Shown: piece by piece, positions 62,750 to 64,000 of the stretch
Position numbering within the stretch: the first letter of the stretch is position 1
How the letters are laid out: each line of letters starts with the position of its first letter
Origin: Rubripirellula sp.
GTDB lineage: Bacteria > Planctomycetota > Planctomycetia > Pirellulales > Pirellulaceae
Direction of reading: 5' to 3'
Assembly: GCA_965216875.1 (NCBI GenBank)
Contig: OZ244207.1
Span: forward strand, 1,024,001 to 1,088,000
Length of the DNA: 64,000 bases
The notes under the pieces: generated by a model
The model's input: the letters and a program-made list of their open reading frames with translations, nothing else
Told to the model about the DNA's origin: nothing
Database searches by the model: none
Position numbers and translations under genes: made by a program

Positions 62750-63754
62750 ATGTCCTTTGACGAAGCGGGTCTGAAAAAGGCCGCCGTCCTATTGATGAGT
62801 CTACCGACCAAGACGGCCGCCACCGTCTTGGGCCAGCTGCCGCCGCGATACATCGAGGCGATCAGCATCCATATTGCGCAGACCGAATCGGTTGGCGGGG
62901 ATGACCAAGAGATCGTCATCGCCGAATTCCTGACCAGTAAGGCAAGCTCGCTGTACGCGAGTCCCGGTGGTCTCGAACGCGCCAAGGAACTGATCAAGGA
63001 AGCGCTCGGTCGCGACGCAACCGAGCTGATCGGCAATCTGCAACAGACCATCGAGGCGATGCCATTCGGCTTCATCAAGAAGGTCGATTCGCAAACGCTG
63101 CTTCAATTCATCGGTGACGAACACCCGCAAACGATCGCTCTTCTCTTGAGTCACGTACCCGGGCACTACGCCGCAGAAGTGCTCGCGGGACTCGAGCCGG
63201 ACAAGCAGCTTGACGTGATTCGGCGAGTGGCATCGATTGGACGCACGAGTCCCGAGGCTGTCAACGAACTGGAATACGGCCTCGAAATGCGTCTCAGTAG
63301 CATGGTCAACCAGCAACACAGCAACGCCGGCGGCGTCGAAAGTGTGGCTGAGATTCTGAACGTCTGCGAACGTTCGATCGAACGGACCATCATGGAATCG
63401 CTTGGTCGCGAAGATCCGGAGCTATCCGATGACATTCGTCGCCTGATGTTTGTCTTCGAGGACATTTCGAAACTTGCAGACCGCGACATTCAAGCGCTGC
63501 TGAAGAATGTCGAAACGGCTCAGTGGGCCATGTCGCTCAAAGGTGCCAGCCAAGGGCTGCAGGAAAAGGTGATGCGCAACATGAGTTCGCGTGCTGCGGA
63601 CAACCTTCGCGAGGAAATGGAGTACCTCGGAAGTGTCCGCGTTAGCGAGGTCGAATCGGTCCAACAGAAGATCGTCGACATTGTGCGCCACCTCGAAGAC
63701 ACGGGCGAAATCTCGCGACCAAGCGGCGAGGAAGAAGAAGAGTACGTGACCTAG
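62750..63754 (+). CDS. fliG: Flagellar motor switch protein FliG
   Basis: GLKKAAVLLMSL, EHPQTIALLLS, GGVESVAEILN, MFVFED, NMSSRAA and QQKIV. Start is 62750 or 62729. Confidence 0.96.
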   Translation: MSFDEAGLKKAAVLLMSLPTKTAATVLGQLPPRYIEAISIHIAQTESVGGDDQEIVIAEFLTSKASSLYASPGGLERAKELIKEALGRDATELIGNLQQTIEAMPFGFIKKVDSQTLLQFIGDEHPQTIALLLSHVPGHYAAEVLAGLEPDKQLDVIRRVASIGRTSPEAVNELEYGLEMRLSSMVNQQHSNAGGVESVAEILNVCERSIERTIMESLGREDPELSDDIRRLMFVFEDISKLADRDIQALLKNVETAQWAMSLKGASQGLQEKVMRNMSSRAADNLREEMEYLGSVRVSEVESVQQKIVDIVRHLEDTGEISRPSGEEEEEYVT

Positions 63755-63760
63755 TCACGA

Positions 63761-63851
63761 CGTAGGTCATGCTCCGCATGACAAACCTGGGCTCGCCGTA
63801 GGTCATGCTCCGCATAACAAGACGACCGATGTCATGCACAGCATGACCTAC
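63761..63851. repeat. Three REP-like family C copies (two forward, one inverted)
   Basis: GTAGGTCATGCTCCGCATGACA and variants, the same unit as 1825-1875. Confidence 0.87.
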
Positions 63852-64000
63852 AATTCGCCTTCCATTTCCGCTAGTTCGCGGTCGTACAATGCGCGGATTT
63901 CGTCAAGGTCGACTTCGGGATCTGGCATTTGCGGGTTCATCTTCTTCAGCGTGCGGTGCACGATTCCCGCGACCGCTGCGTCGCGGTACCACTTATGGTC
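63848..64000 (-). CDS. Polyphosphate kinase 2 family protein, 3' end only
   Basis: Manual translation DHKWYRDAAVAGIVHRTLKKMNPQMP...EL*. The DHKWYR motif is typical of PPK2 C-termini. Confidence 0.75.
   Translation of the reverse strand, partial: DHKWYRDAAVAGIVHRTLKKMNPQMPDPEVDLDEIRALYDRELAEMEGEL

Noticed and set aside
1..64000. Autonomous mobile elements, defence systems, rRNA or biosynthetic gene clusters
   Set aside because: No transposase, integrase, reverse transcriptase, nuclease/methylase pair, rRNA-like sequence or NRPS/PKS/RiPP enzyme was recognised in the ORF track or in manual reading of the gaps.

Overview
Chromosomal segment of a planctomycete, most likely Pirellulaceae. This is inferred from gene content: sulfatases, two DUF1552/DUF1592 cytochrome-c pairs, a HemD-HemE fusion, a stand-alone rsmH and N-terminal NPY membrane proteins. 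It holds about 45 CDS: housekeeping genes (rsmH, hemD-hemE, trmB, purN, type-2 ileS, pfkA, nfo, rdgB, csrA, fliG, a PPK2 3' end) mixed with secreted proteins. Many intergenic gaps carry short palindromic REP-like repeats from at least 8 families, including a tandem array at 40689-41062 that is not CRISPR. No transposase, integrase, phage or cas gene was seen. The best candidate for a new system is a protein-free cassette on the minus strand at about 20860-21240. It runs from an ECF-like promoter through a 28-aa leader ORF with alternative anti-antiterminator/antiterminator/terminator pairings to a non-canonical tRNA-Leu(GAG)-like RNA and a long hairpin, and it is bracketed by identical REP copies. 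Other leads are an orphan multi-hairpin sRNA candidate (47961-48190), a CsrA autoregulatory leader, a very acidic protein upstream of ileS and several unusual domain fusions. Family assignments come from motif recognition by eye, not database searches. Many starts were moved downstream of the ORF-track starts.
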